Of a stretch of 64,000 nt of DNA, positions 40,613 to 50,072 are shown one piece after another. The notes beneath the pieces were generated by a model. The model ran no database searches. It was given only the letters and a program-made list of their open reading frames with translations, and was not told the DNA's origin. This DNA comes from Deferribacterales bacterium (GTDB taxonomy: Bacteria > Chrysiogenota > Deferribacteres > Deferribacterales > Geovibrionaceae), in assembly GCA_050251875.1 (NCBI GenBank), contig JBFWMA010000011.1:13938-77937 (forward strand), given 5' to 3'. Numbering within the stretch: position 1 is the stretch's first letter; each line of letters starts with the position of its first letter. The translations under genes were made by a program, and so were the position numbers.

Positions 40613-41514
40613 AGTTCCCACCTCTTAATCAATTTTTTGTAAACTTCCGGACTGTCGGGGAGCGCTCCCCTCTGTCCGCATATTATCGAGGCGAACTCAG
40701 CGCCTCTGCTGATCATCTTATAGCTGTCCCATCCGAGCGTCAGCCCCAGCATACACACGGCAGCCATGGCGTCTCCTGCCCCCACCGTGTCCTTGAAATC
40801 AGGAACGGATATGCTCTCATGCACGCATGATATCTCTTTCGAGTGCGCTTCCGCCCCGCTCTCGCCCTTTGTCAGAAAGACAGTGTCCAGAGACAGCCTC
40901 TCCGCCAGATCCAGACAACGCTGTTCGTTTCCGCCTGTGAGTCCGTACATGGGCGAGATATGGTTCAGCTCCTCATCGTTTATCTTCAGCCACCTGACGC
41001 CGTTCAGCACTTCTGATATAAAATCCTCTGAACGCCAGATGTCTCTGAGATTGATATCGCAGAAGGTGCGGCATCCTTCCGCCTGTTTCGCTCTGTTCAC
41101 TATGTCCATATTGTTGCGGTGCCTGAGAGCCAGCGACCCGTGATAAAAAAGAAAATCGCCGTCCGGAACGCTGAACGGGCTTATGGCGTCATACGCCTGA
41201 TTGTCATGGATGACGAAGCTGTGCGAACGCCCGTCCATCACCACCTCTACTCTGCCTGTCTGCGCCCTGTCCGCCACAGAGACATGGGACATGTCCATTC
41301 CGGCGCTGTTCATCAGACGCAGGACGGAATCACCCAGGGAATCCTTGCCCACGGCGGTGACAAAAGTAGTTTTTAATCCGAAATTATGCAGATGCCAGCA
41401 GACATTGAACGGAGCTCCGCCTATGCGGCTCACACCGTCAAAAATATCGAAAAGAACCTCGCCGAAAATTATTATTGCTCTATATTTTTCTCTACTCATA
41501 GATATTTTATACAT
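40609..41514 (-). CDS. PfkB family carbohydrate kinase (probable fructokinase)
   Basis: FGEVLFD, GGAPFNV, DINLR, KINDEEL, DTVGAGD; ATGA overlap with sps. Confidence 0.88.
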   Translation of the reverse strand: MYKISMSREKYRAIIIFGEVLFDIFDGVSRIGGAPFNVCWHLHNFGLKTTFVTAVGKDSLGDSVLRLMNSAGMDMSHVSVADRAQTGRVEVVMDGRSHSFVIHDNQAYDAISPFSVPDGDFLFYHGSLALRHRNNMDIVNRAKQAEGCRTFCDINLRDIWRSEDFISEVLNGVRWLKINDEELNHISPMYGLTGGNEQRCLDLAERLSLDTVFLTKGESGAEAHSKEISCVHESISVPDFKDTVGAGDAMAAVCMLGLTLGWDSYKMISRGAEFASIICGQRGALPDSPEVYKKLIKRWEL

Positions 41515-41607
41515 AAAATATATCCCATATTACAAATTTTTGCAACCCGAAGGGGCAGGTTTAAAAACTGTTTGACTTTACCACAGGTTTTATTTAAATT
41601 CTAACTG

Positions 41608-41686
41608 ACCGCATGACTGACGCAGATTAAGGGGGAGTACCCCCGGGAAGTGCGGGTTTTATATTTAAAAGCCGTGCGTCTGGGCT
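41608..41686 (+). ncRNA. ZMP/ZTP (pfl) riboswitch aptamer
   Basis: CCGCA-TGACTGACG...GGGGG/CCCCC-GGGAAG-TGCGG then GCCGTGCGTCTGGGC; lies upstream of glyA; promoter TTGACT-17-TAAATT at 41572-41600. Confidence 0.88.
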
Positions 41687-41718
41687 GTTCAATCATGGAC
41701 TGTCCGGGCGTTTTTTTG
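41677..41718 (+). terminator. Riboswitch expression-platform terminator
   Basis: CGTCTGGGC...GTCCGGGCG plus T-run; overlaps the aptamer 3' segment. Confidence 0.7.
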
Positions 41719-41741
41719 TTTCCGGACACTGGAGGCTTTTA

Positions 41742-42986
41742 ATGGAAGATCTTAAATCGTTTGACCCCGAACTTTATTCCCTCATCAAGCATGAGGAAGA
41801 GAGACAGATCGACAAGATCCGCATGATCGCGTCTGAAAACTATGTTTCTCAGGCCGTACTGGACGCTTCCGGTACTGTTCTCACCAACAAATATTCCGAA
41901 GGATACCCCGGCAAAAGATACTACGAAGGTCAGCAGTTCATCGATCCCATCGAAGTGATGGCTATCGAGAGAGCTAAAGAGCTTTTCGGCGCTGAACACG
42001 CAAACGTACAGCCCTATTCCGGCTCACCCGCCAACCTCGCCGTTTATCTGGCGTTTGTAAAACCCGGCGAAACCGTTCTGGGTATGGCTCTGCCCCACGG
42101 CGGACACCTTACACACGGTTCACCCGTGAGCATCACCGGAAAATATTTCAACATCGTGTCCTATGAGCTGGACAAAGAAACAGGTCTGCTCAACTATGAC
42201 ACCATCAGAAAACTGGCTCTGGAAAGCAAGCCCAAGATGATCATCGCAGGTCACTCCGCTTATCCCAGACAGATAGATTTCAAAAAATTCAGAGAGATAG
42301 CTGACGAAGTCGGCGCAATCCTCTTTGTTGATATGGCTCACTTCGCAGGTCTGGTGGCAGGCGGCGCACACCCCAGCCCCGTTCCCTATGCAGACGTGGT
42401 ATCCACAACAACTCACAAAACACTGAGAGGACCCAGAGGCGGTATGCTCCTGTGCAAAGAACAGCACGCGGCAGCCATCGACAAGGCCGTCTTCCCAGGT
42501 ATGCAGGGCGGACCCCACAACCACACCACAGCGGCTATCGCAGTGGCGCTGAAAGAAGCCATGCTGCCTGAATTCAAAACATACGCCGCAAACGTTGTTA
42601 AAAACGCTAAAGCAATGGCAGCAGCCCTCACAGGATACGGATTCAACCTTGTGACAGGCGGAACAGACAACCACCTGCTTCTGATAGACCTGACAAACAA
42701 GAACATCACAGGCAAGCAGGCCGCAAAGGCTCTGGACAAAGCCGGAATCGTTCTGAACTACAACGCTGTGCCCTATGACACACGCAAACCTTTCGATCCC
42801 TCAGGCATACGTCTGGGTCTTGCCGCTCTGACATCCAGAGGTTTCGGCGAGGCAGAGGTTAAAAAGACAGCGGAGTGGATGAACAAAGCTATCAGCAACT
42901 TCGAAAATGAAGCTGTTCTGGAACAGATCGCCGCTGAAGTTAAAGAGCTTTGCAGAAAGTTCCCCCCTCCCGGACTGAAATACTAA
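41742..42986 (+). CDS. glyA: Serine hydroxymethyltransferase
   Basis: [49 protein letters not shown]. Confidence 0.97.
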   Translation: MEDLKSFDPELYSLIKHEEERQIDKIRMIASENYVSQAVLDASGTVLTNKYSEGYPGKRYYEGQQFIDPIEVMAIERAKELFGAEHANVQPYSGSPANLAVYLAFVKPGETVLGMALPHGGHLTHGSPVSITGKYFNIVSYELDKETGLLNYDTIRKLALESKPKMIIAGHSAYPRQIDFKKFREIADEVGAILFVDMAHFAGLVAGGAHPSPVPYADVVSTTTHKTLRGPRGGMLLCKEQHAAAIDKAVFPGMQGGPHNHTTAAIAVALKEAMLPEFKTYAANVVKNAKAMAAALTGYGFNLVTGGTDNHLLLIDLTNKNITGKQAAKALDKAGIVLNYNAVPYDTRKPFDPSGIRLGLAALTSRGFGEAEVKKTAEWMNKAISNFENEAVLEQIAAEVKELCRKFPPPGLKY

Positions 42987-43000
42987 CAGCTAAATAACGA

Positions 43001-43028
43001 AGGGGCGGTTTTAACCGCCCTTTTTTTT
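43001..43028 (+). terminator. Terminator after glyA
   Basis: GGGCGGTT-TT-AACCGCCC plus T8. Confidence 0.85.
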
Positions 43029-43214
43029 GTTCTGAGTCCGGCTTGATTCTCTTTTATCTGTAGGAATATAATAAAAATACATATACTTAAATATAATAAA
43101 ATATATCTATTGCGTGAATTTACAAAATCCTTTTATTTCTCATCCATATGAGCAATTGTCGGTCTGTATCAGCTTTAACTATTATTATATCAGGAAAAAA
43201 GTCTTAACATCGGT

Positions 43215-43243
43215 TTGACAATTTACAGATTTGAACTTATAAT
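43215..43243 (+). promoter_or_regulatory. Consensus sigma70 promoter
   Basis: TTGACA-17 nt-TATAAT, perfect match. Confidence 0.8.
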
Positions 43244-43269
43244 CAAACATAAATTACACAGTAGGCAAA

Positions 43270-44382
43270 ATGCCACAGGAAGCCCGGATGACAGAACACA
43301 GCAGCAACATTTTATCATCAGACACAGTCAGCATGTTAAATGCTCTGCCTTTCAGCGCGGCTCTGCTGAATAACGAATACCGTCTTATCTACGGCAACGA
43401 AGCCCTGATGGCACAGACAAATATAACGGATCCGGGGTCTGTGACGGATTCCCGTCCCGGCAACTTCTTTAAATGTATCAACACAGAAGGCGGGCTGAAG
43501 TGCGGCTCCACCAACAAATGCTGTGACTGCGCCCTGAACAGGTTTCTGGAAACCTATGAACAGGTGAAAGAGGAAACGGCAGAGTGCCGGATAATCAGCA
43601 AGACCGACACCAGCATTATGCCTCTGGATCTCAGAATACATCTGAAACCCATCAACGTGTCCCACAGCAACCATCTGCTCCTCATTCTGGAAAATATCAG
43701 CGAGATAAAACAGAAAGAACTGCTGAACAAAACTTTTCTGCACGATGTGCTGAACACCGCCGGAGGGCTCACATCTCTTCTGGAATATATAAAAATGTCT
43801 GGCACTGAAGAGGATTTCCCCACATATCTGAATCTGATCATCAAACAGTCGTCATATCTGGTGGAGGAGATCAAATCTCACAAACACCTTCTGAATAAAG
43901 ATACCGCCAACTCTCTGGAGCATGAGAAATATTTCATATCCACAGAGATACTCAACACGGCAGTGGATATCATCAGATATTACGCCGCCATAAACAACAC
44001 ATCCATAGAGATGGTGCCGGACAGCGATGACGTGGTGCTTCACTGCAACTGCACCATGCTGAGAAGGGTTCTGGTAAATCTCTTTAAAAACGCTGTGGAA
44101 GCGGCGGGCAAGGATGAGGTTATTAAAGCCGGATGCAGGCTGATCGAGGACAAGGCTGTCTTTTTTATCAAAAATGACGCCGTGATGGACGAGATGTCCA
44201 GAAACGCCGTCTTCAACAAAATATACAGCTCGAAGGAGTTCGGAAACGGGCTCGGCACCCAGAGTATCAAACTGATTACCGAAAAATATCTTTTCGGAAC
44301 AGTCCATTTTGAGTCTGACGAGGAGACAGGAACTATCTTTTACATATCCGTTCCTCTGGCGGAAAACGCTAAGAAATCATAG
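43270..44382 (+). CDS. Soluble sensor histidine kinase with Cys-rich PAS-like input domain
   Basis: H-box FLHDVLN, N-box RVLVNLFKNAVEA, G2 GNGLGT; no TM; C-x8-C-x5-C-x2-C motif. Confidence 0.82.
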   Translation: MPQEARMTEHSSNILSSDTVSMLNALPFSAALLNNEYRLIYGNEALMAQTNITDPGSVTDSRPGNFFKCINTEGGLKCGSTNKCCDCALNRFLETYEQVKEETAECRIISKTDTSIMPLDLRIHLKPINVSHSNHLLLILENISEIKQKELLNKTFLHDVLNTAGGLTSLLEYIKMSGTEEDFPTYLNLIIKQSSYLVEEIKSHKHLLNKDTANSLEHEKYFISTEILNTAVDIIRYYAAINNTSIEMVPDSDDVVLHCNCTMLRRVLVNLFKNAVEAAGKDEVIKAGCRLIEDKAVFFIKNDAVMDEMSRNAVFNKIYSSKEFGNGLGTQSIKLITEKYLFGTVHFESDEETGTIFYISVPLAENAKKS

Positions 44383-44511
44383 CAGATATACCGCTGAATA
44401 ACGCTCCCGTCCTCATTCGTCAGATATACTATTAGTTTACAGCTAAAAGCATTTCTCACAAAAATATCATATTTATCAACCTCTAAAACTGATTCAAGTA
44501 ATAATTTTTAT

Positions 44512-44540
44512 TTGACAATAGAGATATGGAGATATAGAAT
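44512..44540 (+). promoter_or_regulatory. sigma70 promoter for the second kinase
   Basis: TTGACA-17 nt-TAGAAT. Confidence 0.7.
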
Positions 44541-44552
44541 TAAGGGTCTTAA

Positions 44553-45725
44553 ATGTTTAGGCAGGCTAACATGGCATACCAAAACACTGATTATTATTTA
44601 AATAACGCCTCAATTTCAGATGAATCGTTACACTTGCTCAACTCGATACCTTTCTGCACGGCTATACTCAGCCCTGACTATAAACTCGTTTTCTGCAACG
44701 AACAGCTTATAAAAAAACTGGGTATCGGAACTGTGCACGAGGTTCTGGCGGAGCGCCCGGGAAATTTCTTTAAATGCGTAAACACAGCCGGGGGGCTGAA
44801 ATGCGGCACCACCAACAAGTGCCACGAGTGCTCTCTTAATAAATTTATGTCGCAGTACAGCAAGGAAGAAGTAACATCAGTGGAGTGCAGAATCATCAAT
44901 GTGGTGAACGAAACGATAGGCACTCTGGAGCTGAAAGTGCACCTGAGCCCCACCAAAATCAACAACAACGACTACATAATGATGATGCTGGAAAACATCA
45001 ACATAATAAAACGCAATGAAATGCTTAACCGCACCTTTCTGCATGATGTTCTGAACACCGCATGCGGTCTGACATCCATGACAGATTATTTCGGTTTGAC
45101 CGACCAGCAGGAAGATCTGGGAGATTTCGCCAGTCTTCTGAAGCGCCAGACCATGTATCTCATAGAGGAGATCAAGGCGCACAAAGAGCTGATATACGGT
45201 CAGAGCGACTCCGCCGCTGACATCATCAGATCATACTGCCTCTCAGAAGATATTTTAAGATGCGCCATGGATGTGATAAAGCATTTTGCGGCGCTGAACA
45301 GCGTGCATATCCTGATAAACCATGAAAAGCAGGAGAACTCACTCCTCTACACAGACCCCACCCTCATCAGGCGTGTTCTGGTGAATCTTTTCAAAAACGC
45401 AGTGGAATCAGCGGACGAGAACGAAACCATCGAGGCAGGATGCCGCATCATAGACGACAAAGCTGTATTCTATATCAAAAATAAACGAGCCATGGATGAA
45501 GAGACCAAGAGCAGTCTGTTCAACAGAATCTTTTCCACAAAAGAGACAGGAAGCGGTCTGGGTACTTTCAGCATAAAACTGCTGACAGAAAAATATCTGG
45601 AAGGCACGGTGAATTTCTCTTCAGACGAAGCGTCCGGAACTATATTCTATGTCTCCCTGCCCACAGCCAATCCGGCGCAGGCTGTGGATGACATTATTGA
45701 ATCCAAAGGACGTACTTTATCATAG
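44553..45725 (+). CDS. Soluble sensor histidine kinase, paralog of 43270-44382
   Basis: RPGNFFKCVNTAGGLKCGTTNKCHEC, FLHDVLN, NLFKNAVE, FSTKETGSGLGT. Confidence 0.82.
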   Translation: MFRQANMAYQNTDYYLNNASISDESLHLLNSIPFCTAILSPDYKLVFCNEQLIKKLGIGTVHEVLAERPGNFFKCVNTAGGLKCGTTNKCHECSLNKFMSQYSKEEVTSVECRIINVVNETIGTLELKVHLSPTKINNNDYIMMMLENINIIKRNEMLNRTFLHDVLNTACGLTSMTDYFGLTDQQEDLGDFASLLKRQTMYLIEEIKAHKELIYGQSDSAADIIRSYCLSEDILRCAMDVIKHFAALNSVHILINHEKQENSLLYTDPTLIRRVLVNLFKNAVESADENETIEAGCRIIDDKAVFYIKNKRAMDEETKSSLFNRIFSTKETGSGLGTFSIKLLTEKYLEGTVNFSSDEASGTIFYVSLPTANPAQAVDDIIESKGRTLS

Positions 45726-46338
45726 TCATAAAGTGACAGAAACTTCCCGCCAGCACGAAAAGGTGCCATATCTCATGGAATCCGAAATGTTTTGAAAAAT
45801 TCGGTTTCTTCTTTGCGTATACCACGGCGCCGATAGTGTACATCACGCCGCCGGCGACAAGCCACGCTACTCCGCCAGCCGGAATATTCTTTACTATCGG
45901 ATATATAGCGGCGATGCTGATCCATCCCATGATAACGTATATCATGGTGGAGAGCCATCTGGGAGCGTATATGAAGAACAGTTTAAACACTATTCCGAGC
46001 GCCGCCAGAGACCAGACTATGCCGAAGATGCTCCAGCCCCATCCGCCTCTGAGAGGAATCAGACAGAAAGGAGTGTATGTGCCCGCTATCATCATGAAAA
46101 TCATGACGTGGTCGAGTTTTTTCAGCCTTCTGGTGCCCTTTTCGCCCAGATTGAATATATGGTAAGCGGAACTGGCAAGATACAGCAGTATCATGCTGGA
46201 ACCGTATATCGAAAACGATACGATATGCCATACTGTGGCGTTGTAAGCGGAAAGCGTTACCAGCACAGAAAGAGCCGCAATGGACAGCATTGCTCCGATA
46301 AGGTGGGATATGCCGCTGACAGGATCTTTTATAACCAT
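45694..46338 (-). CDS. PAQR / hemolysin III family membrane protein (TrhA/YqfA)
   Basis: SHLIG, LASSAYH, LDHVMIF..IAGTYTP, HEIWHLFVLAGS..HF. Confidence 0.92.
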   Translation of the reverse strand: MVIKDPVSGISHLIGAMLSIAALSVLVTLSAYNATVWHIVSFSIYGSSMILLYLASSAYHIFNLGEKGTRRLKKLDHVMIFMMIAGTYTPFCLIPLRGGWGWSIFGIVWSLAALGIVFKLFFIYAPRWLSTMIYVIMGWISIAAIYPIVKNIPAGGVAWLVAGGVMYTIGAVVYAKKKPNFSKHFGFHEIWHLFVLAGSFCHFMTMIKYVLWIQ

Positions 46339-46463
46339 AGTGCCCTCCTGAGGTTGATACTATATAATGTTAGTTTGCGAACCGATTTGTCAACCAAAAA
46401 AAGACCTATTAACACTTTTTATATATAATTAAAAAACCGCCCCGAGAGGCGGTTTCAAGCTAA

Positions 46464-47393
46464 CTAGCCGTCAGCATTTATCTTTGTGATTATCTCTTTC
46501 AGTTTTTCTTCCCAGATGTCGTTGCCGACCTGACATGTACCGGCGTTCATATGCCCGCCGCCGCCGTATTTCAGCATCAGCTCGCCTATGTTTGTTTTTG
46601 ATGTTTTATTGAAGATGGATTTCCCGGTGGCAAAAACTGTGTTCTGTTGTTTCAGACCCCACATAACATGAATGGAGATATTCTGCTCCGGAAACATGGC
46701 ATATATCATGAATCTGTTGCCGGCGTATATTATCTCTTCGTTTCTGAGATCAAGCACGACAAGATTTCCGTATATTTTGCTGCATCTTTTAATCTGCTCT
46801 TTAAAAAGCTCCTGCTGTTCGAAATAGAGTTTGGAGCGCTCCACCACGTCTTCGTCCTTCATTATGTCGTCAATGGAGTGATCTTTGCACAGATCAATGA
46901 GCTTCATCATCAGCTGATAGTTTGATATCCTGAAATCACGGAAACGTCCCAGCCCTGTTCTGGCGTCCATCAGAAAGTTCATCAGATCCCATCCTTCGGG
47001 ATCAAGCACCTGCTCTTTGGTAAAGTTAGCTGAATCGCCCCTGTCCACGGCTTCCATGATATCATCGCCGATCTTCGGAAAGGCTTTTTTCCCGCCGTAA
47101 TAGTTATATACCACACGGGCGGCGGAAGGCGCCTCGGACTCGATGATGTGATTCTCTTTCTTGCCCACTCTGATGGTTTCGGAAAGGTGGTGATCGAAGG
47201 CTATATGAACACCTTCCACATATGGCAGGTTGGTTGTGATGTCGTTCTCTGTGATCTCCACCAGCCCGTCCTGCATATCTTTCGGGTGTACAAATTTGAT
47301 TTCGTCTATAATATCCAGATCTTTTAAAAGCACGGCGCACACAAGCCCGTCAAAGTCGCTTCTGGTAACCAGTCTGAATTTTTTGTCAGCCAC
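46464..47393 (-). CDS. DHH-family phosphoesterase (exopolyphosphatase-like / nanoRNase)
   Basis: RLVTRSDFDG, FVHPKDMQDG, FDHH, GGGGHMNAGTCQ. Confidence 0.85.
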   Translation of the reverse strand: MADKKFRLVTRSDFDGLVCAVLLKDLDIIDEIKFVHPKDMQDGLVEITENDITTNLPYVEGVHIAFDHHLSETIRVGKKENHIIESEAPSAARVVYNYYGGKKAFPKIGDDIMEAVDRGDSANFTKEQVLDPEGWDLMNFLMDARTGLGRFRDFRISNYQLMMKLIDLCKDHSIDDIMKDEDVVERSKLYFEQQELFKEQIKRCSKIYGNLVVLDLRNEEIIYAGNRFMIYAMFPEQNISIHVMWGLKQQNTVFATGKSIFNKTSKTNIGELMLKYGGGGHMNAGTCQVGNDIWEEKLKEIITKINADG

Positions 47394-47976
47394 GTTGGAA
47401 TCCTCCCATATTAATACTCTTTATGTCTGCTTCTGTATTAATATTTATAAACGATTTTTTCTCATTTTCCGAGCTTAAAATTTGACTCTCGTCTAAATAA
47501 ACGACTTTCGCCCTGTCAAAACTCTTCATCAGGCTGAAGTCTCCTCTGCTTACGGCATCCTCAAAAACAGGGACCATGCCCACATTATAACACGCGTAAA
47601 GCGGGTGATGCTTGCCAAATATAACGGGCACGACAGCGTCAGCATCTGCGATATACCCCCACAGCTTCTCCGCATGGCTATAAAGCACAAAAGGAGTATC
47701 CGCCGCAATAACGAACACCGGAGCGTTAAAAGCCTTCAGAACGGATAATATGCCCACCATAGGGCATTGCTGTTCATAAATATCCCGCACGCACTCTATG
47801 CCCAGAAATGAATATTTAGAGCAGTCCTTCGCCACAACGGCGAGCCTCTTCACCCTGCCCCTGAACGTATCAGCCGGATATTCTATCAGCCTGCGCCCGT
47901 CCAGAATCTCCAGCGTTTTATCCCTGTTGAAACGCCTGCTCTGTCCGCCCGCCATGATCGCTGTGTTTTCTACCAT
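47386..47976 (-). CDS. mobA: Molybdenum cofactor guanylyltransferase
   Basis: AGGQSRRF..DK, DTPF, HPLYACY, FININT. Confidence 0.9.
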   Translation of the reverse strand: MVENTAIMAGGQSRRFNRDKTLEILDGRRLIEYPADTFRGRVKRLAVVAKDCSKYSFLGIECVRDIYEQQCPMVGILSVLKAFNAPVFVIAADTPFVLYSHAEKLWGYIADADAVVPVIFGKHHPLYACYNVGMVPVFEDAVSRGDFSLMKSFDRAKVVYLDESQILSSENEKKSFININTEADIKSINMGGFQRG

Positions 47977-48036
47977 TTGACAACCCGTCTTTTTTTCTCT
48001 ATTTTACACATAAATTTGGAAATGTCAGGAGCATTT

Positions 48037-48546
48037 ATGAAACCTCTGGTAACTTTTGTCGGCACATCAGGATGCGGCAAAACCACACTGATCGAAAAAG
48101 TGATACCGCTCATCACGGCGAAAGGATACAACGTTTGCACCATAAAGCATGACGCTCACGATTTTCAGATGGACAAAGAGGGCAAGGACACATGGCGGCA
48201 TAAAAAAGCGGGCGCCAGAGCCATACTCATTTCCAACAAACACCAATACGCCATGATATGCGATTCAGAAAGGGAAAAAACCGTGGACGAACTGACGTCT
48301 CTTCTTCCGGAATATACTGATGTCATTATAGCCGAAGGGTTTAAAAAAGAGCTTCAGAAAAAGATAGAGGTTTTCAGAAAAGGCTTTTCCACAGATCTTC
48401 AGTGCGCAGAAGACCCCAACCTTCTGGCGGTTGCCACCGATATGCCGGATAACCCCCAGCTTTCGGGAAGAATCACTCTAGATCTGAACGATCCACAGCA
48501 GATAGCTGATTTTATAACGGATAAAATAATAAAGGCGGCCACTTAG
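48037..48546 (+). CDS. mobB: Molybdopterin-guanine dinucleotide biosynthesis protein B
   Basis: VGTSGCGKTTLIEK, IKHDAH, GKDTWRH, AEGFK; ATG at 48037 after AGGAG. Confidence 0.92.
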   Translation: MKPLVTFVGTSGCGKTTLIEKVIPLITAKGYNVCTIKHDAHDFQMDKEGKDTWRHKKAGARAILISNKHQYAMICDSEREKTVDELTSLLPEYTDVIIAEGFKKELQKKIEVFRKGFSTDLQCAEDPNLLAVATDMPDNPQLSGRITLDLNDPQQIADFITDKIIKAAT

Positions 48547-48578
48547 GACCGCCTTTTTTAATGGCATGAAATCTTATA

Positions 48579-49778
48579 TTATTTCACTGTGCATTTGCCA
48601 GCGTTGCAGCTTACATATGCGTCAAGGAAATAAAATCTTTCGAAGTTAGGAGCTTTACACTCTTTCACGAAGTCATAAGTTTCCATAGCTCTACCGCCGG
48701 AAGCGCAATGGAATACTACGAAACCTGTTTTAGGAAGCTGTGAAAGGAAAGCATCGCAACCTTTTGCTGTCTCTTTAGAAGAGATGTTGATAGAACCGGC
48801 GAAAGCACCGTCAGCTACTTCGTTAGCGTTACGAACGTCAACGATAGCAACATCAGCGGGTCTTTTAGCGGCGTCAGCAAGAGTGCTTACGAAGTACTCT
48901 GTTTTGATGATTCCGGGTTCGTCACCGATAGGAAGTCCGCCAGCGGCAGCGGGAGCTGCTGCTTTAGGAGCTTCTACTGCTTCTCCGCCTTTAGCTGTGG
49001 GGAAGCCGGCCTGTGCCCACTCGGGAAGTCCGCCTGAATATGTAACTACTTTCAGGTAGCCCATTTCATACATTTTCTCAGCTACATAGTGAGATTTCTC
49101 ACATTTGTATCCGCCGCAGTAAGAGATGTAAACAGCTCCTTTGTCTGCGGGCAGGTTAGCTTTGAACTGCTCGAATTTTGTGTCGGGAATGTTGATAGAA
49201 CCGGGGATTGTGCTTTTTGCGAACACTTTCTCGGGTCTGGCGTCTATGAAGACAGCTTTGTTCTTGTCGAAAGCAGCTTTAGCTGTGGAAATAGAGATAT
49301 CCGCATAGCTCTTTGCTTCCCAGTCGGGCTGTCCGTCAAGATACATCTCAACATTTGTGTAACCTTTTGACTTAAGGTATTTTGCTACGATAAGTGATTT
49401 CTCGCATTTCAGACCGCCGCAATATGTTACTATGTAAGCGTCTTTAGCAAGACCAAGTTTTTCGAACTCAGGGTAGTATTTGGGGATTTCTGTGTCGGAC
49501 AGAAGCACAGCTGTGGGGATGTGAGCTTTGTCATACACTTTTGCGGGACGGGCGTCAATCAGAGTACCTCTTGATTTATCCCATACACCGTTGCCGACGA
49601 TCTTTTTTACATCGTCAAAATGAATCAGTTTAACACCGGCTTCTTTAGCCAGCTCTGTCTGGCTTTTCGCCTCAACTTTTGCCGCGGGCGCTGCTGTTTT
49701 CGCAGCCTCTCCGCAACCCATAACAAAAAGGGCCGCAATAAGTGACAGTACCATAAGCAGTCTGCTCATAAAACGCAT
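48579..49778 (-). CDS. Triple-rhodanese-domain lipoprotein (sulfur/selenium transferase-like)
   Basis: Lipobox FVMGC; three IDAR/VDVR domains with loops YCGGLKCEKS, YCGGYKCEKS, HCASGGRA; RBS GGAGG. Confidence 0.85.
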   Translation of the reverse strand: MRFMSRLLMVLSLIAALFVMGCGEAAKTAAPAAKVEAKSQTELAKEAGVKLIHFDDVKKIVGNGVWDKSRGTLIDARPAKVYDKAHIPTAVLLSDTEIPKYYPEFEKLGLAKDAYIVTYCGGLKCEKSLIVAKYLKSKGYTNVEMYLDGQPDWEAKSYADISISTAKAAFDKNKAVFIDARPEKVFAKSTIPGSINIPDTKFEQFKANLPADKGAVYISYCGGYKCEKSHYVAEKMYEMGYLKVVTYSGGLPEWAQAGFPTAKGGEAVEAPKAAAPAAAGGLPIGDEPGIIKTEYFVSTLADAAKRPADVAIVDVRNANEVADGAFAGSINISSKETAKGCDAFLSQLPKTGFVVFHCASGGRAMETYDFVKECKAPNFERFYFLDAYVSCNAGKCTVK

Positions 49779-50020
49779 AACAACCTCCAAACGTTTTTAA
49801 TGCTACTTGCTCAAAAAACAAACCTTGTTTGTATTTAATGATGCCAATATATAAATAATCAAATATATACTTATTTATACATAGCAATTCATTTATATTT
49901 ACTATATTTATCAAATAATTGCAAAGTAGAAATTATCTAACATCTTTCAAACTACTGTTCTGATTATACACGATAGCCACATATTTTCAATGTAAATCGG
50001 AGAAAAATTTGAATTATGGA

Positions 50021-50053
50021 CAAAAAAAAAGGACAGCCTAAGCTGTCCTTTTT
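50021..50053 (-). terminator. Terminator after the NrfD/PsrC gene
   Basis: AAAAAGGACAGC-CTAA-GCTGTCCTTTTT, bidirectional. Confidence 0.8.
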
Positions 50054-50072
50054 ATATAGATATTCGAATATC

